Assembly (NCBI RefSeq): GCF_041146345.1
Contig: NW_027191407.1
Location: 186,001-250,000 of the forward strand
From: Neodothiora populina
Lineage: Eukaryota
Reading direction: 5' to 3'
DNA: 64,000 nt
In this document: positions 48,922 through 59,417 of the stretch, piece after piece
How the letters are laid out: each line of letters opens with the position of its first letter
Numbering within the stretch: the stretch's first letter is position 1
The notes under the pieces: model-generated
Databases searched by the model: none
The model's input: the letters and a program-made list of their open reading frames with translations, nothing else
Told to the model about the DNA's origin: nothing
Made by a program: the position numbers and the translations under genes

Positions 48922-50481
48922 ATGTCTGGACCGAAGCCCGAATGGTTCATCTCGCGTGGAGCCGGAGTATACACTGCCCTCATTCCCGCGGATGAGCTCC
49001 CACGCTCTATTCAATTGAAGGGCGTCCCCCGTGTGATGGCGGTCGACGAAGTTGTGGGTATGGCCTTCGTCGCCGAGACAAGATCCGCCAGGCAATGCTT
49101 TTCTCTGGACGGGGGCCCATCTGCTGCGAGGGCTAGCCCAAGCCTTGCTTCCACCACTGCATCCGCAAGGCTACCTCATACTTCGGAGGAACCTAGTCAG
49201 AGAGTCGTGGTGGGCAAAGGCAAGGCTCCTGAAAGGGAAGACATGAGCCAAGAAAGTGAACGTTCAGCAGTAGGTCTGGAGAAATTGAGCATCTTGTATC
49301 ACGCATACTGAAGTAGTTTATAGATTGCCATAGCTTCTGCGTCACGTACCCCTACCGCTGTCATCCCAGCCAGATCCACTTTGAATCCTGTAACGCATCC
49401 TGTCGACAGTTTCCTCGTCCAACGCCCACTTCCTCCCTCAGGGCAGGAACCAGATGAGACCAAGAAGGTATACTGCTCTTATTGGATTCGCCACGGCGAT
49501 TGCGACTATATGCAGCAAGGTTGCAAGTACAAACACGAGATGCCAGGTTCCTTGGAGGAAATGAAGCCACTGGGCTTCCGCCGTTGGCCGAAATGGCGTG
49601 GCGAGGATCAAGTGGCGAACGGCTCTCGTGGCAGATCAGGCGCTTCTCGAGAAGTCAGAATAGAGAAAAGAAGTAGATTCTTCGGCCCGGACGCATCTCA
49701 AGCTCGAATTGCTCCCATCAGGGAGGGAACCGCGTTGGATGCAAGTAGTAAAATGGTTGACTATAAGGGATTTAACGAACCACATCCACGCATAATAGAG
49801 TATGGCTCAACTGATCTCCTTCATCCTCGGACTGAGGCCACCACTGCAATCGCTACTGCTGGACCAGCACGTCAGCCAGCAACACGGTCGACATCCAATA
49901 CAATCACCTCCCGAGTCGATCATGGCAGATCGTCACGTGGCGACGAAGTTGCCTTGCCGAAGAAAAGAAATGGTGGGTTGACGCTCATCGATCTTTCTGA
50001 TGCCGAAGAGGAAGAATCAGACAAGCATCTCTCCGCAGCCACACGCACTGCAGAGCGTGGAACCTCGTCTAAAGTGAAAAAACGGACCTCGCACCTCCCA
50101 TCCTTGTCCATCTCGTCCTACTCGTCGGACTCCGAAGGCACACATGGCCCACACACCCCCCAGAAAGCCGCCACGATGGCCCCCTCAGCAGCGTCCAAGG
50201 TCCCCGGCGTCTTTGTCCCTAGGGGCGAATCCTCGCACATGCATCAAGATCGATTCCGCCGCTACCAGCAGAGTCGTCCAGCTCCTAGCTCCGCACGTGG
50301 GTCTTCCTCTTCGTCTCCCGGACAGATGCTTGTCAATGGACCTGCGAAACCAAGAAATGGGACCGGTGATCAGATGGAGAAAAGGGCGATAGTAGATGAG
50401 AGTGCAGGTGGCGTTGCTAATCCACGCACAGCGCGTGGCTTGAATGCTAGTATTCATGCTAGCCCTGCTCTATCTGACTAG
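48922..50481 (+). CDS. CCCH (C3H1) zinc-finger protein, 2 exons
   Basis: N-terminal WFISR..YTALIPADELP; finger YCSYWIRHGDCDYMQQGCKYKHEMP. In-frame intron 49270-49323 removes the stop. Confidence 0.8.
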
Positions 50482-51113
50482 TATGCAACGATACATCAGG
50501 AGCAGTGGCCAAGGGCAAGCTCTCTGTTCTTTCACGATCGAGGATTTGGTACATTTGTGATGATCAAGATATCAATTGGGCTTCATGGGGGATTGTGGTT
50601 GATCTGATGGCTAGGATATGAAAGCCTTGGGCCTTCGATACTGAATGCTATCGTCGAATTCTTTTGGATGCGTGCTACATTTCGTTTTGGTGATAGACGT
50701 CTTCTACAACATTCCAACCCAAAGCTAATTGCAGAGCGAGTGATGATTGGACAATCAATAACTGAAGTCAGTTGCTTGAGAACGTGCACTATGCTTATGG
50801 ACCTTGCATACGACAGGACCTTGGTTGGCGCAGCTCACTACAAAACACTTATCCCAGCAGTCCCCTAGTAAGGTCTATTGCAACAGATAAGCCAAGCAGA
50901 CTCACAGGCTACAGACAGATAAGTATATGTATCGCCCTCATCCACATCTTGTTGTCTATTCATCAAATCCGGAAAGACTTGAGCATCATCTCTCAAGCCA
51001 AAACCTGCGCACAATTGAACTTGTGATCAGTCTGTAGATAAAACCTTTCCAACCCCAACCTCCAAGCGAGGATACAACTTTCTGCATCCTACACCTTGCA
51101 CCCACAAGGTCAG

Positions 51114-54100
51114 ATGCACTACTCGAGTTTCGTCCTGGCCTTCGTGGCCATCCAGGACTGGGTCAGCCACGGTATTGCCGTCTCTGGCTCGGTCCCTGCC
51201 TCTACTCGTGAGGCAGCCGCCAGCGCCGCCTCCCTCCCTCTTTCGCCCAATGGTTCGGTTCCCAAAAAGGGCCGAGGTGCCGCTGAGCATTGGCTGTCTG
51301 TTCACCGCAGTCCCGTTAACAGCGGTATCTTGCCTCGGGGAGCGGCTACTACGTGTTCGGTCTCCATTGCTGGCCCTGCCAGTACCTCGTCATTTTGGAT
51401 GCCTGCGATTCGCCCTTTCGAGATCTTCGCTCGGCAGGATGATGGTGAAGATGCGGCTGCTACTCCTGCTGTTGCTGTGGAGACTGTGACTATGCCTGTT
51501 CCCGAGCAGACTGGTCAGGCGAGCGATGGAGAGCAGGTTGAACCTTCCTCTACTTCTGACGAGGGAGTTGTTGCTACCGACTCTGCTCCTGCTTCGGCCT
51601 CGGCCACCACCGATCGCTCTGGCCATATGGTCATAGATCCTTCTCTCAAATGGGCTTTCGTCCCCATCCCTGACCCCAGGACAGACAACTCTTCCTCAAA
51701 TATCAACTCCACCGTGGTGCCCACAGACGATACCGGCAAGAAACTCGCCAAGATCCTCCCTGCATCTCTGCTGCCTCCCGCAGCCGTCTTTCTCGCGGGT
51801 CGCTGGGCCACTCTTCGCTGGCTGAACATCCGCACAGGAATGACAGCAGCCAAAGCCGCCGCGGACTCGTCTTCGTCTTCCTCGGTCTGGAACGCAGTCA
51901 CACATGCACTCTTTGACTCATCTGAAATGGCAGGAGTCAACGCACAAAGCGCCGACCACGCGGCGCTGATCGCCAAAACACTCGAATGGAAAATCAGGGA
52001 TGAAGCAGAGCGATACGCCGTCTTCCAGGGTGGTCCGATTCCGCATCTCAGCGACGAGACCCTCGAGGAAATAGTCCTTGACAGCGACGAAGCGGTGGCA
52101 AAATCCGTGACAGACAATGCCTGGAGAACGGAGCTGGAAACCGCGCTTCGCGGCGCCAAAAGCTCCACCACACTGGGAAATGGAGACTTGTTGCCTGGCG
52201 CTGCCGACGCCGTGCAAGGATTAAGGAAGCCCCAGGTCGCCAAAGCACCGGATCTCGAGACAATCCCTGAGGAGAATGCGGATGGTACTGGGCCTGAGTG
52301 GGCGCCTGAGCCGAGACCTGTGCCTGATCCCGTAACTGATTCCGAGTCGGAGTTGTCCGATTTCGAACCCATGCCTCAGAAGTACAATCCTGAATGGGAT
52401 GCGGACAGCGATGCTTCTGGATCCGGCGACGAAAGTCCTAGTGACGCTAAATCTCAGGACAGCAAGTCGGACGATGGCAAGTCGGATGATGGTAAATCCC
52501 AGGACAACAAGTCGGACGATGGCAAGTCAGATAATGTAAAATCAGTTGACGACAGTGACGCCGCATCTGAGAAATCCGCTCCAAAGGACGACTCTTCGTC
52601 CTCGTCGCCATCTGAGCATGAATCTCCCGGCGAGCCTTCTGATTCTGGATCGACAGGTGACGGCAGCTGGAAAACAGACGACAGTGGAAAGGACACCGGA
52701 TCCGAGTCTGGGAACGATGCTATATCGGAGAAGTCCTCCCTGAAAGACTCGTCGGCGTCACCATCTGAGCATGAATCGTCTGGCCCGTCGTCTGAGCATG
52801 AAACATCTGGCCCACCTTCTGAGCATGAATCATCTGGTGAACCTTCTGACGGTAGCTGGCAAACCGACAGCAGCGGAATAGAATCTGGATCCGAGCACAG
52901 CAAGGATGCCACCTCTGAGAAATCTTCTCCGAAAGACTCGTCGTCTCAACACGGGTCTGCCGATGAGTCTGCAGGTGAACCAGCTTCTGATTCAGGGTCA
53001 GCGGGCGATGGTAGCTGGCAAACCGACAGTGGAGAATCTGGCTCGGGAGGATATGGTTCGTCTGCTCCCGCTTCTCCGCCGGTTGCTCCTGCTGTCGCAC
53101 CACCAGTTGTCGCACCCGTGCCCATTCCACCTCCTGTCGTGCCTGTCGTTGTTCCCATTCCTCCACCCGTGGTTCCCATCCCTATTCCTGCACCTGGCTT
53201 GCCTATTCCTCTCCATATCCCTCATCCTCATATCCCTCATCCTTCTCTTGGTGATGCTCTCGGTGCGTTAAATCCTTTTGGTGGAGACGGGTCCCATGAT
53301 GATCACGATGATGATCACGACAAGAAACAGCACGGGCATCACAAGGATCATCATGACGATGACAAGAAGCATCATAAGGACCACGATGAGGACAAGAAGC
53401 ATCACCAGGATGACGACGACGGCAGGAAGAAACACGACGATGAGGACAAGAAGAAGCAGGCCGAGAAGGTCGCGGAGAAGCAAAACGACGAGCAAGAAAA
53501 GCAGCAAAAGCACGAGGATAAGGAGAAGAAGGAACAGGAGAAAGAAACGAAGAAAAAGCTCGAGGGAGAGAAGGAGAAAAAGCACGACGAAGAAAAGGAG
53601 AAAAAGCACGAAGAAGAGAAGAAGATGAAGAAAGCTCAGGAGAAAGAGCAAGAGAAGCAGGAGAAACAGAAGGAGAGAATCCTGAAACAGAAAGCCGAAG
53701 CAGACGAAAAGAAAAAGGAAAAAGAAGAGAGTAAATCCAAGAAAAAGCACCACTCATCCACTACCTCTACTTCGAGCTCACAGACCGACAAACACCACAA
53801 ATTGACCTCAGCGCCCAACGCGACCTTCACCTCGTACAAGCACGGCAAAAATCCATTGACTCTTTCCACCTCGACCACAACAACGACCAAGGGGCACAAG
53901 AAAGGCCACCACAACAACGCCCGCAGCCCAACAACCATCAAAATCGACCTCTCCATCCCCATCACACTCGAGACCGCATTCCAAACCCCCAGCATGACCA
54001 CCAAGCCCACCATAAGTACCCGTCCCTACACCACCCCCCGCTACTCCATAAGCCACGGCCGGATACACCAAAAGTACCATCACGAATTTTCATTCACGAT

Positions 54101-54599
54101 CTGGGGCGCGAACTTCTCACCCCCCAGCAAACCCACCGATGTACCAACTACCCCCAGGGAAAAAATCCTGCATGAGAAAGAACTCGCAGGGTACATCATG
54201 CCGCGCGACATGTTCGGAGCGTTAGACGCGTGCGGACAGCTGCGCCGATTCAGGTACTATGATCACGAGCACGGACTGGACTGGCCTTCGCCCAACGACA
54301 CGGCGAAGCAGGTCCATGACCGCGAGTGGCTCACACGTCCGCTTCAGCTCAGCGAGGGCGAGAAGCAGGGTTCTGAGCAGTGGTTCGATTGGGTCGCCAT
54401 GGGCGCGATGCAGATACATCTCGAGCACAAGAAGGTGTGGCCCCCACACTGGAGGTTCCAGGATGAGTGTGTTGCTGAGGCCATGGAGAGGTTGGGCGGT
54501 CCTCTCGTTAAGGTTGTCTATAATAGTTACAAGAAGCACTCGAAGCTGAGAGGCTTTTTGGGGCTGGGAGATGAGTGGAAAGACGATGTCGTTCAGTGA
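51114..54599 (+). CDS. large putatively secreted low-complexity/repeat protein, ~1160 aa, function unknown
   Basis: Uninterrupted 3.5-kb ORF with hydrophobic N-terminus MHYSSFVLAFVAI. Ser/Asp repeats, Pro, His/Asp, Lys/Glu and Thr blocks, then a globular C-terminus. Confidence 0.8.
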   Translation: MHYSSFVLAFVAIQDWVSHGIAVSGSVPASTREAAASAASLPLSPNGSVPKKGRGAAEHWLSVHRSPVNSGILPRGAATTCSVSIAGPASTSSFWMPAIRPFEIFARQDDGEDAAATPAVAVETVTMPVPEQTGQASDGEQVEPSSTSDEGVVATDSAPASASATTDRSGHMVIDPSLKWAFVPIPDPRTDNSSSNINSTVVPTDDTGKKLAKILPASLLPPAAVFLAGRWATLRWLNIRTGMTAAKAAADSSSSSSVWNAVTHALFDSSEMAGVNAQSADHAALIAKTLEWKIRDEAERYAVFQGGPIPHLSDETLEEIVLDSDEAVAKSVTDNAWRTELETALRGAKSSTTLGNGDLLPGAADAVQGLRKPQVAKAPDLETIPEENADGTGPEWAPEPRPVPDPVTDSESELSDFEPMPQKYNPEWDADSDASGSGDESPSDAKSQDSKSDDGKSDDGKSQDNKSDDGKSDNVKSVDDSDAASEKSAPKDDSSSSSPSEHESPGEPSDSGSTGDGSWKTDDSGKDTGSESGNDAISEKSSLKDSSASPSEHESSGPSSEHETSGPPSEHESSGEPSDGSWQTDSSGIESGSEHSKDATSEKSSPKDSSSQHGSADESAGEPASDSGSAGDGSWQTDSGESGSGGYGSSAPASPPVAPAVAPPVVAPVPIPPPVVPVVVPIPPPVVPIPIPAPGLPIPLHIPHPHIPHPSLGDALGALNPFGGDGSHDDHDDDHDKKQHGHHKDHHDDDKKHHKDHDEDKKHHQDDDDGRKKHDDEDKKKQAEKVAEKQNDEQEKQQKHEDKEKKEQEKETKKKLEGEKEKKHDEEKEKKHEEEKKMKKAQEKEQEKQEKQKERILKQKAEADEKKKEKEESKSKKKHHSSTTSTSSSQTDKHHKLTSAPNATFTSYKHGKNPLTLSTSTTTTTKGHKKGHHNNARSPTTIKIDLSIPITLETAFQTPSMTTKPTISTRPYTTPRYSISHGRIHQKYHHEFSFTIWGANFSPPSKPTDVPTTPREKILHEKELAGYIMPRDMFGALDACGQLRRFRYYDHEHGLDWPSPNDTAKQVHDREWLTRPLQLSEGEKQGSEQWFDWVAMGAMQIHLEHKKVWPPHWRFQDECVAEAMERLGGPLVKVVYNSYKKHSKLRGFLGLGDEWKDDVVQ
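52464..53040 (+). repeat. nested coding repeats: 15-bp KSDDG units, three ~45-63 aa units and 21-bp SEHE(S/T)SG units
   Basis: Large units start at about 52557, 52716 and 52905 (DAxSEKSxxKD...DGSW(K/Q)TD). Confidence 0.85.
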
Positions 54600-55163
54600 G
54601 GATTTGCTCCTTTTCATAAACTTTTGGGATGGTTTTTGTGAGGTACTGTCTCTTTCTGTTTTCTTGGGGATTTTGGACTTGGTATTCGCTCTTTCTTGTA
54701 TTGGACTTAGACTTTAGAGTGAGATACTGTTTAGACTGTTTCTTTCACGGTCATTTCTTGTGATAGTAGAGAGTCAAATAATTATTTTTAAAATTGTACT
54801 CAGGCACACTGTTGATCCAACCTCTGGAAAAGTTCTGTACACAATTAGATTATTAATGTCATTATTGTCTGCGATCGTCAGCTTCGACATCTCAACATGT
54901 CGTTGAAACATCAGAAATGTCAAAAAACCCGCATGCTACATGTCTCCACTCAGTATATCCTCTTCTCGGGGCAAGAAACCTTCCTTCTGAAAGCATCTTA
55001 TTAATAATTTCATCCGCATCCCCCCACATTATCAACATCTGTTGCCCGCATCATACCGCGGCCACACTACTTACCTTGAGCTTCATCACTTTCGAGTCCA
55101 TCTTTACGGATATCTCCTTCGATCGATGTCGTAGTGTCTGCAGACTATCGCATGCGAAAGGAA

Positions 55164-57113
55164 TCACATGGAAGTCCGCATCGTGACACATGCTGGTTCG
55201 CTCCAACCGACGCTCCACCTGACACTGCCCATTATGATAGTCATCACCCCCAATCCAACAAGGAGACTGACGACGCCGTACACGTAGGCGTGTCGTCGCC
55301 GCAACCCTTGCAGTTCCGCAACCCACGTACTCACTGTAGTCAAGCATCCGCAGAACCCATCCATTGTGCCTTGAAGCACCTGGCAGCCTACTCGTCCACC
55401 GCCAATCATGCCCCCGACCGACAATAGCGAGATGTGCTGGATGTCGTAGCACATGGCTTCTATTGCGCAGCCGAAGATGTTGACGGTGAAAGTACCGAGG
55501 GGAAAAGAGCTCAAGATCGGATTGAGCTTGATGGAGGCCACATAACGCAACAGACACCCCAGGGGAGCGAATACCAAGGCGAACAGCACCTCGCCTCGCC
55601 ATACCTCGTTTGCCCAGGTGCCTCGTGACGAAGGCCCACTCGGTCGATCAGGAGGCCAGATCGCGAGAAAGACTGCACCTAGCCAAGCGAGCGGCGCTAT
55701 CACAAGCACAATTCTGTCTAAGAAATTGCGAATGAACCTGAAAGGCAATGTGGGTGTCCATGGGTCCAACGCGATAGCTATATGCGCACCGACGAACAAA
55801 GCGCCGAGGGATAGAGCCACTGTATACAACATGACAGCAAGAAGAGCAAGGAAAGAATAGCCTCCATTGCGGTGCACGGTAGAGGTGAAAGAAGGGGCAG
55901 CGCCCGCCGTGTACGGGTGATTGACCGGCGTAGGTAGGTTGTTAGAGAGAGCGAGGAAAACGTCGCGCTGGAAAGACGAGAATGAGGTAAAAGATCCACA
56001 GAATCCAGTAGCTAGGCCGATGTATAAGGGAATAGACTTTTTGACCTTGGCATGGTTCTTGCGGGCGGCTGCTTCATCGTAATCTTCGTACGCGGTCTGT
56101 TTCTCCCGTAAGACAGAATGGCGGGAAACATTCCCCCATTCTTCGCGGAAGACACGTCTATCCTCGGAAAGAAAGCCCATGAATAGAGATCCGGCGACAT
56201 TAGCCCACGTCACAGAGGTAACGAGTGGCGCACCAGGATAGAATGTCAGCCATTGCATTCCCAACCGTGCCAGTGTTCCGAGGATAGAGAAGCAGATCAA
56301 GTAGGAATAGGTGTACAACGTGGTAGCGAGGCTGGACAGCGGTGGCAATGTTGACTCAGTTCCAGAGAAACTTTGTCTTCTCGCAAACGAAGGCGGCGGC
56401 AGCGCGGATTGCTGTGAATGATCAAGAGACTGACGATCGTCCTCCATATGGCGATGCATCTCCCATCCAGAAGTGTCACTCCTATCTTGGACAGGTTCGG
56501 GAGCATCAAGCTCGTCGAGGCCACTAGGGCCAGGATCGTGCGGTGAGCGAGTGGTGGCCGGGGCGGTCTTCTTGGACAGCCACTTGCCCGTGCTCGGTCT
56601 CGAATGCTCTTCCTCTCCATCTTCGTCGCTGTGTTCGACGTCCCCCCATGCCATCGGTACTGTGTCATCTCCGCCGCCACGTGAGATTGGAGCAGGCACG
56701 GCGGATCCGCTCTCATCTCCTGATCCATGTCCGGATACTCTCTTCTCTCGGCTTTTTCTCTTCTGCGATCTTCCTCTTGCGAGATTGGAAGCTCCTCTTG
56801 GCGGCGCTTCGATGTACGACTGCCGCTCTATGCTTGGAGTCCCTATACGCGAGGGCGCAGCAGGAGGAGTCAGGTCATGCTCATCCTCGGGGACTCGGGA
56901 GGAGGGCTGGTGGCTGCGAATGCTGGCACCGCTGGCTGGTCGCGTGCGTGATGGACCAGCGACGTCGGTATTCTGCTGTTGATAACGATCATGACCCGAA
57001 TGTGGCCTGAGGTGGTTCTGGGAGGAGGACGGTGTGGAACCAGCGCCCTCAGGCTGCGGAGTGGACCGGCGGACAGCCTTTGCGTCGAGGCTTGACATAG
57101 AGGACTCGACCAT
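55164..57113 (-). CDS. FEX1: fluoride export channel (tandem CrcB/Fluc domains)
   Basis: FSILGTLAR, WANVAGSLFMG, GLATGFCGSFTSFSSF, PLGTFTVN, DGFCGCLTTVSTW. Long disordered N-terminus. Confidence 0.92.
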   Translation of the reverse strand: MVESSMSSLDAKAVRRSTPQPEGAGSTPSSSQNHLRPHSGHDRYQQQNTDVAGPSRTRPASGASIRSHQPSSRVPEDEHDLTPPAAPSRIGTPSIERQSYIEAPPRGASNLARGRSQKRKSREKRVSGHGSGDESGSAVPAPISRGGGDDTVPMAWGDVEHSDEDGEEEHSRPSTGKWLSKKTAPATTRSPHDPGPSGLDELDAPEPVQDRSDTSGWEMHRHMEDDRQSLDHSQQSALPPPSFARRQSFSGTESTLPPLSSLATTLYTYSYLICFSILGTLARLGMQWLTFYPGAPLVTSVTWANVAGSLFMGFLSEDRRVFREEWGNVSRHSVLREKQTAYEDYDEAAARKNHAKVKKSIPLYIGLATGFCGSFTSFSSFQRDVFLALSNNLPTPVNHPYTAGAAPSFTSTVHRNGGYSFLALLAVMLYTVALSLGALFVGAHIAIALDPWTPTLPFRFIRNFLDRIVLVIAPLAWLGAVFLAIWPPDRPSGPSSRGTWANEVWRGEVLFALVFAPLGCLLRYVASIKLNPILSSFPLGTFTVNIFGCAIEAMCYDIQHISLLSVGGMIGGGRVGCQVLQGTMDGFCGCLTTVSTWVAELQGLRRRHAYVYGVVSLLVGLGVMTIIMGSVRWSVGWSEPACVTMRTSM

Positions 57114-58220
57114 CGCTTGGTTGATTGCTGTTTTGGCCTTGTTTATTTATTATCGTCCATGCGCCCGACAAGCGGGGCTTACCACGACAGTCCCATGGAG
57201 CAGTATATGTTGGATCAATGCGCCGACCAGAGCGGAAGACTCAGGCACACACAAAAAGCATACAATATCAGTACTTTAGTATAAACACCTTGGGAGTTTT
57301 GGTGGTCAGTGCGGCGAACAGTGTACTGTACTTGTACCTTGCCGTAGCGTGTGCATCCTGTATCTGCGTTGGGTTTGGATTCCACACGCTTGCACTAAAA
57401 CAGATCAGGTGATTGTATAACTACGGATCGGTCCGAGCATTTGGAGAGATCTCCAACTGTTGCATTTTGTGGATGAACCTGTGGATCTTGTGGATCTCTT
57501 TTCAGCCTTGATCAGCTGCCGAGAGCCGGATAGGAAGAGTCCATCAAACACTATTCACTAAGGTAACCACATTGTCTATTGTAGTTCCGACGTCTGGAAT
57601 ACTTGCCTCATTGAGCGACATCGCTTACTAAAGCACAGAGTCGTATGTAGTATGAAACTATGCACTTCTCTATGGGGGAAGAGATTGGCTCAAATTCACG
57701 AAGGGTAATCCGTCACCGCCGTCTTCAGAGGCCTTTGCTTTCCAATTGAGGATTCGCGTATTCAAGTAGCAATTACTGAACATATTTGTACCAAACCTCA
57801 CATGTTATATGAGTTCTGCTGGACCATAGCTCAAGCATAAGGTAAGGTAATTAAGGTAAGGTACCTTATGCTTTAAACACTTAAAGCGTGTGACGGCTTC
57901 GAGTCGCGTATAGCATGGTCCAAGCTCGAATCCGCAGCTTCTACCAGGACGACTAATTTCGTGCACAGATCATCGTTACCTCTGGACGGTCGTCCCTCCC
58001 TGATCTGATGCATGCCATGTCACTTTTCGTCGTACTTGAGTGAACCCATGATAACAAAAGCGATGAGAAGACTTTGTTAATCCAAGAGACCGACTGTGTC
58101 CGCTGAATTTCTTCATACAATAAGACTACCACTCCGAATATAGCCGGTCGCGAACGGATATAGTGCACGCACAATGAGGTCAGTTTGCGAACATCCGGGT
58201 AACATACACATAATACTAAT

Positions 58221-58764
58221 ATGTCGTAGGTAGCTTTGCGATGTTGAGCAACAGAATTTGTATCGTGGACTGACATTGAAGTACAGTGACAAATTCTTGA
58301 ACACTGTCGTGGACACTGTCCCGATATCTTATACGACCCCTCAATTTCCCGCCCTCTATTGGCCTTTCCCAATAGGAGGTACACAAGTGTCCTACCTCTA
58401 CCACTCTGCAGACATTTATCGATATACGTTTTTATGGACATATATCACTGTTGTTGGTATACATGTCATCGCCGCGTTGTATGCATGTCTCATCCAATGG
58501 AGAAACTGGAAGGTCATATGGACAGTCCCAATTGTCTATATACTCATCGGAGGCATCGAAGCCACCATTGCTGGAAATGTGGTTGGTGGACTGTAAGTTG
58601 CGCTGATCTCTGGATAGTCACGAATTCGCTGACACGCTGTTAGTCTGGGCGGAGTCTATAGCTCTGCTTCATTTCGCATGTCAACGTGGATACCATTCGC
58701 ATGGGGGGTTGTCAATGCATTGGTTCTAGTGCTATCCTCGTTTGCACTACAAGGTGGCATGTAA
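58221..58764 (+). CDS. small integral membrane protein (TMEM170-like), 3 exons
   Basis: MS/DKF..FPALYWP..YLYHSADIYRYTFLWT..IAGNVVGGL/LGGVYSSASFRMSTWIPFAWG..QGGM*. Introns 58226-58286 and 58593-58642. Confidence 0.82.
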
Positions 58765-59417
58765 TGATATCAGTTCTGTCTTCCCTTGAAATTGCATTGG
58801 AATTAAATAATGCCTCGTTCGCTTACAACACATCTGTTCACTTGTGGATGAATTGATATGATCTCAGGTACAATTAATGCATTCAGGCCTATTCACAAAG
58901 AGATTTGGGGTGAAGTGGATGAAAATACATCCGATATCTGGTAAAGCAATTTTTATTGTCAAGCTTGCTGAACCAGAACTCTATGAACGTTGTGGCTTTA
59001 TTTGCCATCATTGCGATGGGCAACCCACAATTCCCAACTTTAGGTCATAGTCCTGATGCAGACAGACCCGAGGACTCAAACTAAACAGAAACCGACAGCC
59101 AGTAGTCGGTCTAAAAAGCCCGTACAGAAGCTTCAACCCAGACGAAATCATTCCTAATTCAAACGTATTCCCAAGATCAACCCAAATCCAAATAAGACCA
59201 TAACAATGGTATGAACAACGGCAATCGGAGGGATATCTCGGACGACGATGTCGCTTGAGAGACTTGACAGAGCGCCTTCTCAATCTGCTGAGATCCCCAC
59301 CAAGAGAGTGTAATTAGCCGTCTGGTCTGACTCATTGTCGACCGTTGCCAGTCCTGTTGATGGTCCTCAATAACAAAACTCCTAAACTTCCAACAGTACG
59401 CCGGACTCCGAACCAAT

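Noticed and set aside
51515..54083. Long antisense ORFs opposite the secreted repeat protein
   Set aside because: Shadows of repetitive, codon-biased coding sequence. The same applies to most short ORFs overlapping real genes.
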